Below are positions 50,101 to 58,790 of a stretch of 64,000 bases of DNA, one piece after another; the stretch's first letter is position 1, and each line of letters opens with the position of its first letter. The stretch lies in the sequence record OQ921332.1; one strand, written 5' to 3'. The DNA is from Escherichia phage vB_EcoP_PAS59. A model generated the notes under the pieces. That model was given only the letters and a program-made list of their open reading frames with translations, did not search any database and had not been told where the DNA came from. A program made the position numbers and the translations under genes.

Positions 50101-51639
50101 CGTGTTATTTAAAGTGAAAGCATCTTGAATAGGATTAAACCCTTCAGGCATACCTTTCAGTTTCTTCAACCCACCAATAGCCTTCTTCATCTCTGGAGAA
50201 ACATTATCAGAGAGCTTCTGCAACTGAGTAGCTTTCTCAATGAAGTTATTTAGATCTTCGCCATCACGAGCTTTGAAACGATTTGCTTCGCTGTAGAAGG
50301 TCTTGTAGGCATCAATAAAGTCACGGTCAGCTTGTGTACGGTTCTTAATGTCAATAGCACTACCAGTAAAGTCACCACTCGCTCGGAGAGCTACTAACTC
50401 TCGGTCTAGGTTGTCTAGAACATCAGTAAGAGCCTTGGTGTTGTCTTTAGTGTAGTCAGCCATCGCATCTTTCATTGCTACAGCTTGTTTCTGGTTATAC
50501 TCATTGTCAGCAAAAGCTTTACCTTGAGTCTTCTTAGGAGAAGCTAAAGGATTGAGACCGGGAACGTTAGAACTGTCTTTCTGAACAGTAGCAGCCTTCT
50601 CTGCACGACTTTGGTCTGTATTTAAGATGCGCTGAACAGCAGGAGAATCCATAGCAACTGCATCAGTGATACGGAAACCATTTTCATCTAGAAGATTTAA
50701 AGCAGAAGCAGCATTAGCATTCTCAGCTTTAGAGTAGGCTTCACGAAGTTCATCAGCATTAGCAGCTTTACGAATAGCTTCATCTTCAGCAGCAATATCA
50801 GTTTTAACATGCTCAGGAGTACGGTCAAATACTTGAGGGCTAGAACGACTTATCAATCCATGAACCCCACCAATTGCCCCACCATAAGCAGCACCAAGTG
50901 CACCCTCTTCAATAGCCCCTTCTAAGACATTAGCGAGAGTAGTATCATCCCCATATTTGTTCTGAGCTTCAGCAGCACCTACAATAGCACCACCCTTAGC
51001 ACCCGCAACTGCGTTGGAAGCTACGCTCTGTCCTACACGACCAAGAGTCGTAGAAGCTGTACCAGTCATACCCGGAAGGATTTTCTGAGCAGCGTAGTTA
51101 GCACCACCAACAAGAGCAGCATCCAGAACTGACTTGTCTTCGTCTTCTTTTGGAGTTTGGTCAGCATATGCACGACCTGTTTCACGAGCCGCAATAACAG
51201 CAGCAGCAACAGCAGGGTTTGCAACTGTCAAACCAATATCAGCAGCAACTCCAGCATACTGACCAGCTGTTTTACCAAAACCATCTTCTATTTTAGATAA
51301 GCGCTCTTCTAACAATTGCTTGGAGTTCTCTTGAATACGCTTACCGTAGCTTGTTTCTGAACCAGTTAAGTTTTCACCAATCTCTACCAGCCCACCTATA
51401 CCCCTAGCAGCACTAGCTGCAATGTTAGCACCACCAGATTGAAGAGCGTTAGACACACCTTGAGCAAACTCCCCAATAGCACCTCGTTCTTCTTGTTGTG
51501 GTTGCTCTTGTGGTTGAGTCTCAGGAATAGTGCCCCCTGCTGCCTTGTATTGTTCTCTCATTTGAGCCTGTTGCTCTGGAGAGGCATTCAGATACGCAGG
51601 AGCTTTGGAAGCTTCTTCCCACGATTTTAAATTAGCCAT
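47194..51639 (-). CDS. Very large virion-associated protein (1481 aa), probably an internal/ejection protein
   Basis: Gly/Ala-rich N-terminal third, long coiled-coils, internal repeat LTAR[DE]LVAQRRA x2; late-strand context; AAGGAG RBS. Confidence 0.8.
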   Translation of the reverse strand: MANLKSWEEASKAPAYLNASPEQQAQMREQYKAAGGTIPETQPQEQPQQEERGAIGEFAQGVSNALQSGGANIAASAARGIGGLVEIGENLTGSETSYGKRIQENSKQLLEERLSKIEDGFGKTAGQYAGVAADIGLTVANPAVAAAVIAARETGRAYADQTPKEDEDKSVLDAALVGGANYAAQKILPGMTGTASTTLGRVGQSVASNAVAGAKGGAIVGAAEAQNKYGDDTTLANVLEGAIEEGALGAAYGGAIGGVHGLISRSSPQVFDRTPEHVKTDIAAEDEAIRKAANADELREAYSKAENANAASALNLLDENGFRITDAVAMDSPAVQRILNTDQSRAEKAATVQKDSSNVPGLNPLASPKKTQGKAFADNEYNQKQAVAMKDAMADYTKDNTKALTDVLDNLDRELVALRASGDFTGSAIDIKNRTQADRDFIDAYKTFYSEANRFKARDGEDLNNFIEKATQLQKLSDNVSPEMKKAIGGLKKLKGMPEGFNPIQDAFTLNNTAKFMSNQDRGWTSLTDDGFREAPAPVLVKNPLGAAKYVLNRFTSDRARAQREKQQSANSEAIRSLARADLEVQRARTQAEEARAKMEEEPTTEDIKFRTQNDAPSEPVREEPSATTVTEEIPSSPAPTETPLTARDLVAQRRALQQAELRRQEAEAAQAQESTTPEPEPQQEALTARELVAQRRAVAEAKKRQEAEEAERAKEAPEKTVEEPQEKPEPLPARAPKAPEKAPEPVKPSLGVERLASMSTAARQATKDRADRFARSLYSAAAKAKATAENFLSYKGDPKELMRRIRQEDQANNTQRHEEMARNQLASQQGIASAKSQHVRSSFADWVKERGLPSDIATKALRAEEKGLGGNVTSLDSLKRRAERLYQKQRDDEFDRLYREALEENKAFDKKDAPKLVDQKKELQDEIGTLLDAEPLRPAQKDAMRRIMEDFVESKFKSSEKAGRVEALEVGQMKDVWDGFINTYNREVNMFNKANKNSQYEAAAKHLQARQERLETLRNRAKARNDAKAAMEAEKQSLEAIAAQKSEMEKMFKELPESVREAQEGRTLKQLAAHHDKNSPVPPERFRSIIERIHNAESDYLDRKRRLTEAEEDAREAKWNRMYEQAEEMNRRFDIDSRVKRDKALKEAQERENDLMAVQRQRDDIHKRLVNTLEEKGVSREDAEAYAGSYMDNRYALLEKPMTPVEHQNARARIESDVEKFVKKYETATPIEREIAKATGDADGKTSDLDAETSKAIEDARKVDSDFKKLLDEEKEMEKIRSALPEDERSQANSDILESIKKQEDDFANKAEKAFIEGKDLQELASVAEVLDRVHGADKAGNNRRFVRALQTAAENKKRYGDNPVAWFSADDYSAIAKLGAASAGGNKSRALEKIFGSTAEQAKGKLLGRDDVAKIRRVIEANPNAKIPSYKTTTRQEYLQFLEKYNDEGELKVKRGSLSDKLERSKRQAKLRVRVRAKE

Positions 51640-51675
51640 AACGTCTCCTTATAAATAAAAATGTCCTACCTCCTA

Positions 51676-51684
51676 TATACATTA
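51676..51684 (-). promoter_or_regulatory. TAATGTATA 9-mer on the minus strand upstream of the 1481-aa gene
   Basis: The plus strand reads TATACATTA; 37 nt upstream of the start at 51639. Confidence 0.55.
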
Positions 51685-51709
51685 TAAGAGATAGGACTTA
51701 GGTCTTAGA

Positions 51710-53377
51710 TTACTGTAACATCCAACTTGTGTCCGCTGGAGCAGAAGAAAGAGCACCTGTTAATCGAGGATTTGTAGCATCCCCACCAACAGCTGCTTCA
51801 GCTTCACTCTCAAACGTACCGAATGGGTCATAGAAACCAGCAGAAGGAATAGCACGGTTGACAAGAGCTGTCGCTCGTTTCTTATCCATACCAGAGCCAA
51901 TATACGCTTCGATCGTTGCTTTCTTAGCATCCTTAACACCCTTCTCAGCGGAAGTAGCACCAACAGTTGCCTGCTTACGAGCATATGACAGAGCAGCATC
52001 AGAGGGACGATAACCTGCTTTAAGTGACCATGTATTACCCAACTTAACAAAGATGGACGGGTCTTCTGCAAAGTGGGCTAAGTCATCAGCTTGGAGAGAA
52101 CGGTTAGCACCGATTTCTGCCCTTGCGGAGTTCATAATAGCCTGCATGTAAGCAGAACGAGCAGTTTGGTAATCCTTATCCTTAACAGCTTTGTCTGCCA
52201 AATCCAAGTCCTTATGAGACTGGTTGAACAGACCTGCTTTCTCTGCCCACTGCTTAGCAACTGTACCTTCTGCTGTGTTCTGAGCCAGACGAACTTCTTT
52301 CGGATTGAAAGTAAAGCTCTGAGCAGCTTTCTCTGCACGATCTGCTTTAACTTGATCACGATATCCAATAAGTTCTTTCTGTTTCTCAAACTGAGCATTA
52401 GCACGTTCTTCAGCAGCACGGCGAGTTTCAGCAGCACGCTCCCGCATAGAGTTCTCTTGAATCTGCTGACGTCTATCCCATTCACGGTTAGCACGTTCTT
52501 CATCTTGAGCAGCAAGAGCCATTTTCTCCTGAGGACTAATTTGACGCATTTTAAGAAGAGAAGGATCTCCTGAAGCAATTGCAGCAGCAACCGAGTCTTG
52601 AGAGTAGCCTTGCTCTAACAGAGCGTCACGATTAGCTTCTAACTGTTGTTTAGTTTCATCCTGAGCAGCCAAACCAGAGCCAATCTGGAAAGCTTCAATA
52701 GGGGACTTACCAGACATAATAGAAAGACCAACACCCATCAACCCTGTATAGAAACTAGACTTCTGATAGAAAGGTTGTTTTTGAAGTTCATTCCAAGCTT
52801 GAGCTGGGTCTTTGGCTTTAGCAACTTCCATAATATCATTATTGATACGCTCTTGATCTTTAGCACGGGTAGCACCAGCCATACCTTCAGGAGCAGGATT
52901 ACTATTAGCTAGAGTATTAATAACGTTCTGAGCCTGTTCCACCTGAACTGGAGAAAACTCTTTATCTGTTTCTTCCAGAGGTTTACGAGGGGGGGTAACA
53001 GGAAGAGGATCACTAGGCATTAATCCAGCAGCCTGTAAACCTTCATCAGAGGAAAGATCTGGATTAGCCACAGCAGGAGCTGGTTCACCGATATCAATAC
53101 CCTGAAGGCTCGTAGGGGTTCCTTGATTCTCTGATTCCAGAAGTCTCTGTCTGAATCCTGGGTTTAACATAGCCTCTTGATCTTCCTGAGCAGTAGCAAC
53201 AAGAGAAGATAAACCTACAGGAGAGGCAGGAGGTCTCTGACTATACATTGAAACATCAGCAGCTGGGTAAGCAGGTCTTGCCATGTATGGAGAGGCCGAA
53301 GCGGCCCCTTGTTTAACACCATAAATCTGATTTCTTGGGTCTTGACTGCGAAGATACGCATAAGAAGTTTGTTGCAT
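51710..53377 (-). CDS. Virion-associated protein (555 aa)
   Basis: ORF with AGGAG RBS; late cluster. Confidence 0.75.
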   Translation of the reverse strand: MQQTSYAYLRSQDPRNQIYGVKQGAASASPYMARPAYPAADVSMYSQRPPASPVGLSSLVATAQEDQEAMLNPGFRQRLLESENQGTPTSLQGIDIGEPAPAVANPDLSSDEGLQAAGLMPSDPLPVTPPRKPLEETDKEFSPVQVEQAQNVINTLANSNPAPEGMAGATRAKDQERINNDIMEVAKAKDPAQAWNELQKQPFYQKSSFYTGLMGVGLSIMSGKSPIEAFQIGSGLAAQDETKQQLEANRDALLEQGYSQDSVAAAIASGDPSLLKMRQISPQEKMALAAQDEERANREWDRRQQIQENSMRERAAETRRAAEERANAQFEKQKELIGYRDQVKADRAEKAAQSFTFNPKEVRLAQNTAEGTVAKQWAEKAGLFNQSHKDLDLADKAVKDKDYQTARSAYMQAIMNSARAEIGANRSLQADDLAHFAEDPSIFVKLGNTWSLKAGYRPSDAALSYARKQATVGATSAEKGVKDAKKATIEAYIGSGMDKKRATALVNRAIPSAGFYDPFGTFESEAEAAVGGDATNPRLTGALSSAPADTSWMLQ

Positions 53378-53391
53378 AATTATTCTCCTAA

Positions 53392-54363
53392 TTAAGAGCT
53401 AGCTAAGCCACCGATAACACCGCCAGCTAAAGCACCCCAAGGGCCAAAAGCTGAACCAGCAGCAGCACCACTCGCAGCACCGCCTAGGAAGCCTCCACTA
53501 CCACCAGATGTTTTAGTAGTTGTGGTTGTTCCCAAAGCCCCGTTAAGAACCCCGGCAGCACCTAGTTGATTGTTAATATCCTGCCAACCCCAATTAGCAG
53601 CATTCTGAGCATTCTCATAAGCATTGTTCAAATCAGACTGCTGTTGTTGCTGCTGTTGCAGTCCTGCATTCCACTGATTCATCATTTGCTGTTGTGATAG
53701 CTGACCAGCTTGGTTTCCTAGATTAGCAAGGTTGGAGCCAATGTTAGATAAACCACCTAAAGCAGATGCTTGTGTTTGTCTATTACCAGAAAGAATGTTC
53801 TGTGCTTGAGTTAGAGCAGAGTCATAGGCACTATTAGTAATATTAGTTGCTGTGTTCTGCATCTGGTTCAGAGCATCACCCTGAGCAAAAGATTTAGCCA
53901 TACGTGCACCAGAACCTTGCTGACCAGCAAACTGCTGAGAGATTTGAGGAAGTGCATTCCTAGCCAAACTCTGTTGGGTTTGTTCATTATTCGCTGCAAT
54001 AGCTGCTTGCACAGCCTCGTCGTCATAGAGCTGGCCTGCAAGAGCCCCAATCTGTTCTCCAGTGATTTGACCAGAGTTTGCAAGGTTGTTATATCCAGAG
54101 TATGTGTTATCTAGATACCCTAAACCAGATTGAGCAGCATCCATGTATTGAGAAGAAAGTGCACCTAATGCACCAGATTGTGATAGGTTGTTCAGAGCCT
54201 CTTGCTGGTTTTGATTAAGTCCAACATTTTCTCGATACACATAATCGCCTGAACTAGTGTTATTAACCTGATTGACCAGCTGATCAATATAGGATTGAAT
54301 GTAGTCAGGTCTTGTCATTTTAGAAGTAGTCTTGCTACTCCCACCACCAAATAAACCTGCCAT
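53392..54363 (-). CDS. Gln/Asn/Gly-rich protein with a C-terminal glycine-zipper, paralog 1 (putative ejection protein)
   Basis: MAGLFGGG..SKTT N-terminus, QQQQQQQ tract, C-terminus GALAGGVIGGLASS; homologous to 54822..55874. Confidence 0.75.
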   Translation of the reverse strand: MAGLFGGGSSKTTSKMTRPDYIQSYIDQLVNQVNNTSSGDYVYRENVGLNQNQQEALNNLSQSGALGALSSQYMDAAQSGLGYLDNTYSGYNNLANSGQITGEQIGALAGQLYDDEAVQAAIAANNEQTQQSLARNALPQISQQFAGQQGSGARMAKSFAQGDALNQMQNTATNITNSAYDSALTQAQNILSGNRQTQASALGGLSNIGSNLANLGNQAGQLSQQQMMNQWNAGLQQQQQQQSDLNNAYENAQNAANWGWQDINNQLGAAGVLNGALGTTTTTKTSGGSGGFLGGAASGAAAGSAFGPWGALAGGVIGGLASS

Positions 54364-54812
54364 TATTTACCTCCTCGCAGATATTTAATTGCATTTTCTA
54401 GGTTTTCTGGTGAATCTTTAAAAAGACCTAAACCAGTGTTACAACTAGAACACAGCAAACCTCTAATGTGAAGACCTTCATGACAATGATCGACAGCAAG
54501 TCTCTTAACAACCCCTTTCAGGGTTGCTGTCTCTGGTTGACCACAGATTGCACAAAGTCCTTCTTGCTTTTCAAACAGTGCATCATATTCTGCAAGAGTT
54601 ATTCCATAAAGTCTTCTCAGGTTTCGGTCTGTTATATTCTCAACAGGTTCACCATAGAGTTTTTTATAGTATGACGGACTGGTTGTTTCTAAACCAGAGC
54701 TTTTGAGTTTTCTTTTTTCTTTCTCTCTCTGGCGGCTAGCCAGATATTTAGATACATCCCTATAACCTTTCTTACGAGCAGCAGCTATAGTGGATTCTGA
54801 GTATTCTTCCAT
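54363..54812 (-). CDS. Endonuclease VII-family nuclease
   Basis: CAICG...LAVDHCHEGLHIRGLLCSSCNTGLGLF matches the Endonuclease_7 signature. Confidence 0.75.
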   Translation of the reverse strand: MEEYSESTIAAARKKGYRDVSKYLASRQREKEKRKLKSSGLETTSPSYYKKLYGEPVENITDRNLRRLYGITLAEYDALFEKQEGLCAICGQPETATLKGVVKRLAVDHCHEGLHIRGLLCSSCNTGLGLFKDSPENLENAIKYLRGGK

Positions 54813-54821
54813 AGCTCCTCC

Positions 54822-55874
54822 TTAATTTGCTCCAAAGGCTCCTAGAACACCACCTAAGATATTACTCCCTGCGGTAGATAGCCAGTTGCTCTGACCGTTC
54901 TGTTGAGACAGGTTTGAGCCACCAATCATAGGACCAGCCATCCCAGCTTGACCTCCAGAAGCATTGTACGAATTCCAAGCATTAGTAGTTTGCTGGTTAG
55001 GGGTAAAAGCACCTAGACGACCAGCAATACCAAGACCAGTAATCCCAGCACCAAGGATTTGTTGTGAAGCATTAGGGGCAGCACCTCTATTAGTAATAGT
55101 GTACCCAGCCATTGGACTTACTGAGTTTAATACATTAAGCTGATTGTTAAGCTGATTCCAACCATACTGCTGACTACCAATAGCATTCTCCCAATTGTTG
55201 TTAGCTTGGAGTTGATCTTGCTGCTGTTGAAGGTTTCCAGCAATGAGCTGATTCTGTATTGCCTGTTGACCAGCTTGTACTCCAGCAGCACCTAGATTCA
55301 AGTTCTGACCTGCTAAACCAGATTGAGCATTTAGCAAACCTTGCTGATAAGAGTTGTTATTCAGAAGATTACTAACACCCATATTTTTACCCTGAATAGA
55401 GCGAGAGAGGTTAGTATTCGCTGAAGAAAGAGCAGCACCTTGGGCAGCAGCACGTCTCAGAGAACCTGAGTCAGATCCATTGCCAAGGGATACATTAGCA
55501 GCAGCTTTACCTGTAGACTTAGCTAGTGCAGAATTATTCAATCCAGAACTAAAGTTATTAACATCCTGAGCAGAGATACCACCTTTATTAACTAGGTTTT
55601 GGTATTTCTGAGCCAACTCATTCATCTGGTCTAGCCCTTGTTGAGTTCGAGGAGTATACATCTGACTAAGTTGGTTAAGTGTATTAGAGTTTGCTAAATT
55701 AGAAAGAGCTGCCGTTTGGCCTTCATTAAAGCCCGCTATATTACGACTGATGAACCCTTGGTCATTTTGATTCATAGCTTGGGCATTGGCTACAATCTGT
55801 TTCAGAAGAGCATCAACCTGAGAAGACGGAGCTACCGTAGTCTTAGATTTAGGAGCAGAACCGAAAAGAGACAT
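54822..55874 (-). CDS. Gln/Asn/Gly-rich protein with a C-terminal glycine-zipper, paralog 2
   Basis: MSLFGSAPKSKTT..., QQQQDQ, C-terminus GGVLGAFGAN. Confidence 0.75.
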   Translation of the reverse strand: MSLFGSAPKSKTTVAPSSQVDALLKQIVANAQAMNQNDQGFISRNIAGFNEGQTAALSNLANSNTLNQLSQMYTPRTQQGLDQMNELAQKYQNLVNKGGISAQDVNNFSSGLNNSALAKSTGKAAANVSLGNGSDSGSLRRAAAQGAALSSANTNLSRSIQGKNMGVSNLLNNNSYQQGLLNAQSGLAGQNLNLGAAGVQAGQQAIQNQLIAGNLQQQQDQLQANNNWENAIGSQQYGWNQLNNQLNVLNSVSPMAGYTITNRGAAPNASQQILGAGITGLGIAGRLGAFTPNQQTTNAWNSYNASGGQAGMAGPMIGGSNLSQQNGQSNWLSTAGSNILGGVLGAFGAN

Positions 55875-55883
55875 ATGTCCTCC

Positions 55884-56681
55884 TTATCTGTAAATGTCAG
55901 TGCCTATGCTAGACAGACGTCTAAGCACGGCTTGTGTTTGTGGACTATATCGAGAACCTGCCTGAGTGGGAGCATGTGCTCTTTGCACAGTTTGAGAGTT
56001 AGGTTGCTTTCCTGCAAGCATAGAGGCAGCTGCCAATACAGCATTACCAAAATTCTGTTGAGGTTTTTGATCCTCTCCGGAAGATTGTTCGTCAGAGTAA
56101 AACTCTACAGGACTACCACCTAAAGCTCCAGCCTTACTTGCAGCTATCTCTGCCTGAGTTGGAGCATTAGCAGCTCCTTCTTTAGTAAGTGTGTTAGAGC
56201 CGAATTGGTCTACAGGTTGTGCTGCTTTCAAAGCACCGACAGGGTTAGCCACTTGAGATGCTGCTGTATTCTTATCAAAGAATGGTAGGAACAGTTTGTT
56301 ATTCATCGAATCCAAAGCCTGAGGCGTAAACCCCTTCTTACCAGAGAACATCTGTTTAGCACCGCCAGTCCCTTCTGAATATCCCACCAAAGCCTTCCTC
56401 ACATCGCCATCAAAAGCTTTTAGATTATCTCTTAAATATCTAGCACCCATGTCAATATTCTTTGCAGGGTCTAGCCTATCTTCAAGTTTGTACCCATAAT
56501 CTTTAGCCAACCCCTTACTAATTTGCATTAAACCTACTGGCCCTGTACCTGATGCAACAGAGGGTCTACCACTAGACTCCCTCTGGATAACTGCATGGAT
56601 AAGAGCAGCAGGAATGCCGTACTTCTTAGAAGCTTGCTGGACCATAGGATCTAGCTCAGACACTCCCATTCTTATTGTCAT
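55884..56681 (-). CDS. Virion lytic transglycosylase (SLT domain)
   Basis: IQRESSGRPSVASGTGPVGLMQI...YG (catalytic E-S ... GLMQ). Confidence 0.8.
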   Translation of the reverse strand: MTIRMGVSELDPMVQQASKKYGIPAALIHAVIQRESSGRPSVASGTGPVGLMQISKGLAKDYGYKLEDRLDPAKNIDMGARYLRDNLKAFDGDVRKALVGYSEGTGGAKQMFSGKKGFTPQALDSMNNKLFLPFFDKNTAASQVANPVGALKAAQPVDQFGSNTLTKEGAANAPTQAEIAASKAGALGGSPVEFYSDEQSSGEDQKPQQNFGNAVLAAASMLAGKQPNSQTVQRAHAPTQAGSRYSPQTQAVLRRLSSIGTDIYR

Positions 56682-56693
56682 ACGTCCTCCTTG

Positions 56694-57728
56694 TTATATA
56701 CTTGCAAAAACTTTAGTTGCATCTAATACAGGAACGGAGATCCCTATAGTTGAGTTAGAGCCTAGGTCGTAGGAGTTATCCCACTGGAACATATACCTCC
56801 CATACCCTGTACCAAAAGAAGAACCATTCATAGTGTGTGACCTAGCATGTTGGAAATACCAACCACTACCACTACCTCGGATAGCACCTACACCAGAAGA
56901 TAAAGGTATCATTGGGTATGAGATTCCTGTATTCCCACCACTATAAGGCATGAAATTGTGAATCATCATTGGTGTTCTGTAAGTAGAGAATACACACTGA
57001 GAGCCGTTAGGAGAATAAATGTTTAGTCCTCCATTGTGAGTAGGGACACTACCACCATCACAGAATACTGCAACCCTAACTGTTCCAATGTTACCACCTG
57101 CGTTGTTGTTTCCGTTATTGTAAGATCTGTTCTGATACACACGGATAGTTCTATCACCAGCTGTGTAGAGAAGACCTGCACCACTATTTGACCAGTTAGC
57201 AAATACCATGTATCTATTTGAGTCAAACCCGCTAATTGCTGGTATTTGCATAGAGCCGTTGATTGTTCCCTCCCAAGCATAGATACACTGACCAACTGTA
57301 CCACTATCAGAGATGGAGAAATAGTCAGCTGTGTTTGAAAAAGTAATACCGTAATTTCTATTAGCTCTAGGCCAAATCTGATATACGTTAAACCCACAAT
57401 CAAACAAAGGGTTGCTTCCGGGGTTTTGATTGATACTGACCCTAAAGGTAGAATTGTTAACCACAGATATTCCGGTGACACAATAAACATCAGGAACCAA
57501 GTTAGGAGGGACTTCCCATTGCCAACACAAACTACCAATCGGAGCAATAACAATCTGACCTGAACCATCCCAGCCAGATATAGGAAAATCTCTACTCCCA
57601 CCATTGAAGTTGTAATTACCACTTACTCTGTTCTTAAACTGAGGGAATGTTGAATCGCTATCAATATATAAGTCAGCTGGAGAAGCTGGTCCCGGACCTA
57701 CCGGAGTTGTCCAAATCCCATATGCCAT
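56694..57728 (-). CDS. Tail/virion protein (344 aa)
   Basis: ORF in the late cluster. Confidence 0.7.
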   Translation of the reverse strand: MAYGIWTTPVGPGPASPADLYIDSDSTFPQFKNRVSGNYNFNGGSRDFPISGWDGSGQIVIAPIGSLCWQWEVPPNLVPDVYCVTGISVVNNSTFRVSINQNPGSNPLFDCGFNVYQIWPRANRNYGITFSNTADYFSISDSGTVGQCIYAWEGTINGSMQIPAISGFDSNRYMVFANWSNSGAGLLYTAGDRTIRVYQNRSYNNGNNNAGGNIGTVRVAVFCDGGSVPTHNGGLNIYSPNGSQCVFSTYRTPMMIHNFMPYSGGNTGISYPMIPLSSGVGAIRGSGSGWYFQHARSHTMNGSSFGTGYGRYMFQWDNSYDLGSNSTIGISVPVLDATKVFASI

Positions 57729-57729
57729 A

Positions 57730-58743
57730 TTACCATGTCCCTATTCTGATTCTCAAAACACCATTACCGTCATAGAAATCTATACGGCTTCCATTCATCC
57801 ACAGCCTGTTACCACCAGAGCTTGGACCTAGTTGGAAATCTCCACCAACTGTAAGTCTCCAGTTAGTTCCGCTCATTGCACCAGCAGTGATTTTATTAGC
57901 TGCCAAGTTTTGAATCTGAGCATTACTAACAGACACATTATCAATTTGTGCCCATTGGATTCTAGCATTTGCTATCATTGCTGTCGTTATATTGACATTC
58001 TTGATGTCCGCAAATTCCATCCTAGCTCGACCGTTCTCAAAAACAAAAGGAGTGTTACCTGTTGTTCCGTTACCAACTATAAACTTGTTAGCAGTAACTT
58101 GAAATTGGCTATTAGTTCCGTTGTTGGTCAGCTTAACACCAGCATACTGACCGTTGACAGAAGAGTTGACACCCCAAGTAGCCTCATATGAAGAAAGTTT
58201 CATATATTGAGATAAAGAGTTCTGAACTGTAGTAACTTTACCATCTACCGTTGCTATCTGTTGACCTTGAGCGGTAAGCTCTGTTTGAACTAAAGCAATC
58301 TCTTGACCTTGGTCATTTACAATACCTTCTACCGTTTGAATCTTAAGATTAGCCCCTTCAATAGAGGTCTTGAAGCCTGCTACCGTCCCATCTAGTTTGG
58401 TAGGAGGAACAGTTGAGTTATCCCAAATATCTTCAGTGGACAGATTACCCATTTGTGTCTGGATATCAGCAATAGCTGTTTCAATCTCTGTAGTAATTCT
58501 ATTCTCAAGTTCGTCAAATTGAAGATTCATTGCATTAAGAGCTTTGATTCGAACATCAATCTCATCATGTATCTCATCAATTGCTTGGAACATTTGGTTT
58601 GTAGCGGTGCTGACTTTCTGGAGTTCATCATAAACCGCAACGTTGTATTTATCCGTATCCTCTACATTGTTGAGAAAGCCAACGTTGTAGGGAAGCGTGG
58701 TGTTGTTTCTTCCAGTATTCTTACGAAAACCTCCAGCACCCAT
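57730..58743 (-). CDS. Tail fibre / host-specificity-like protein
   Basis: N-terminal coiled-coil; C-terminal I..A.I repeats (ITTAMIANARIQWAQIDNVSVSNAQIQNLAANKITAG) as in J-type tip proteins. Confidence 0.6.
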   Translation of the reverse strand: MGAGGFRKNTGRNNTTLPYNVGFLNNVEDTDKYNVAVYDELQKVSTATNQMFQAIDEIHDEIDVRIKALNAMNLQFDELENRITTEIETAIADIQTQMGNLSTEDIWDNSTVPPTKLDGTVAGFKTSIEGANLKIQTVEGIVNDQGQEIALVQTELTAQGQQIATVDGKVTTVQNSLSQYMKLSSYEATWGVNSSVNGQYAGVKLTNNGTNSQFQVTANKFIVGNGTTGNTPFVFENGRARMEFADIKNVNITTAMIANARIQWAQIDNVSVSNAQIQNLAANKITAGAMSGTNWRLTVGGDFQLGPSSGGNRLWMNGSRIDFYDGNGVLRIRIGTW

Positions 58744-58764
58744 AAGTACCTCCCATTATAAACA

Positions 58765-58786
58765 ATAAAAGGGGCCGAAGCCCCTT
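58765..58786 (-). terminator. Rho-independent terminator/attenuator within the late operon
   Basis: Minus strand reads AGGGGC-TTCG-GCCCCT followed by TTTATT. Confidence 0.7.
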
Positions 58787-58790
58787 GTCG

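Noticed and set aside
57023-57622. 199-aa alternative-frame ORF inside the tail gene 56694-57728. Similar embedded ORFs lie at 52132-52590, 51760-52071, 53868-54083 and 59768-59977.
   Set aside because: They are same-strand or opposite-strand frames nested in long late genes. They have Leu/Val/Gln-biased composition typical of off-frame translation and no RBS.
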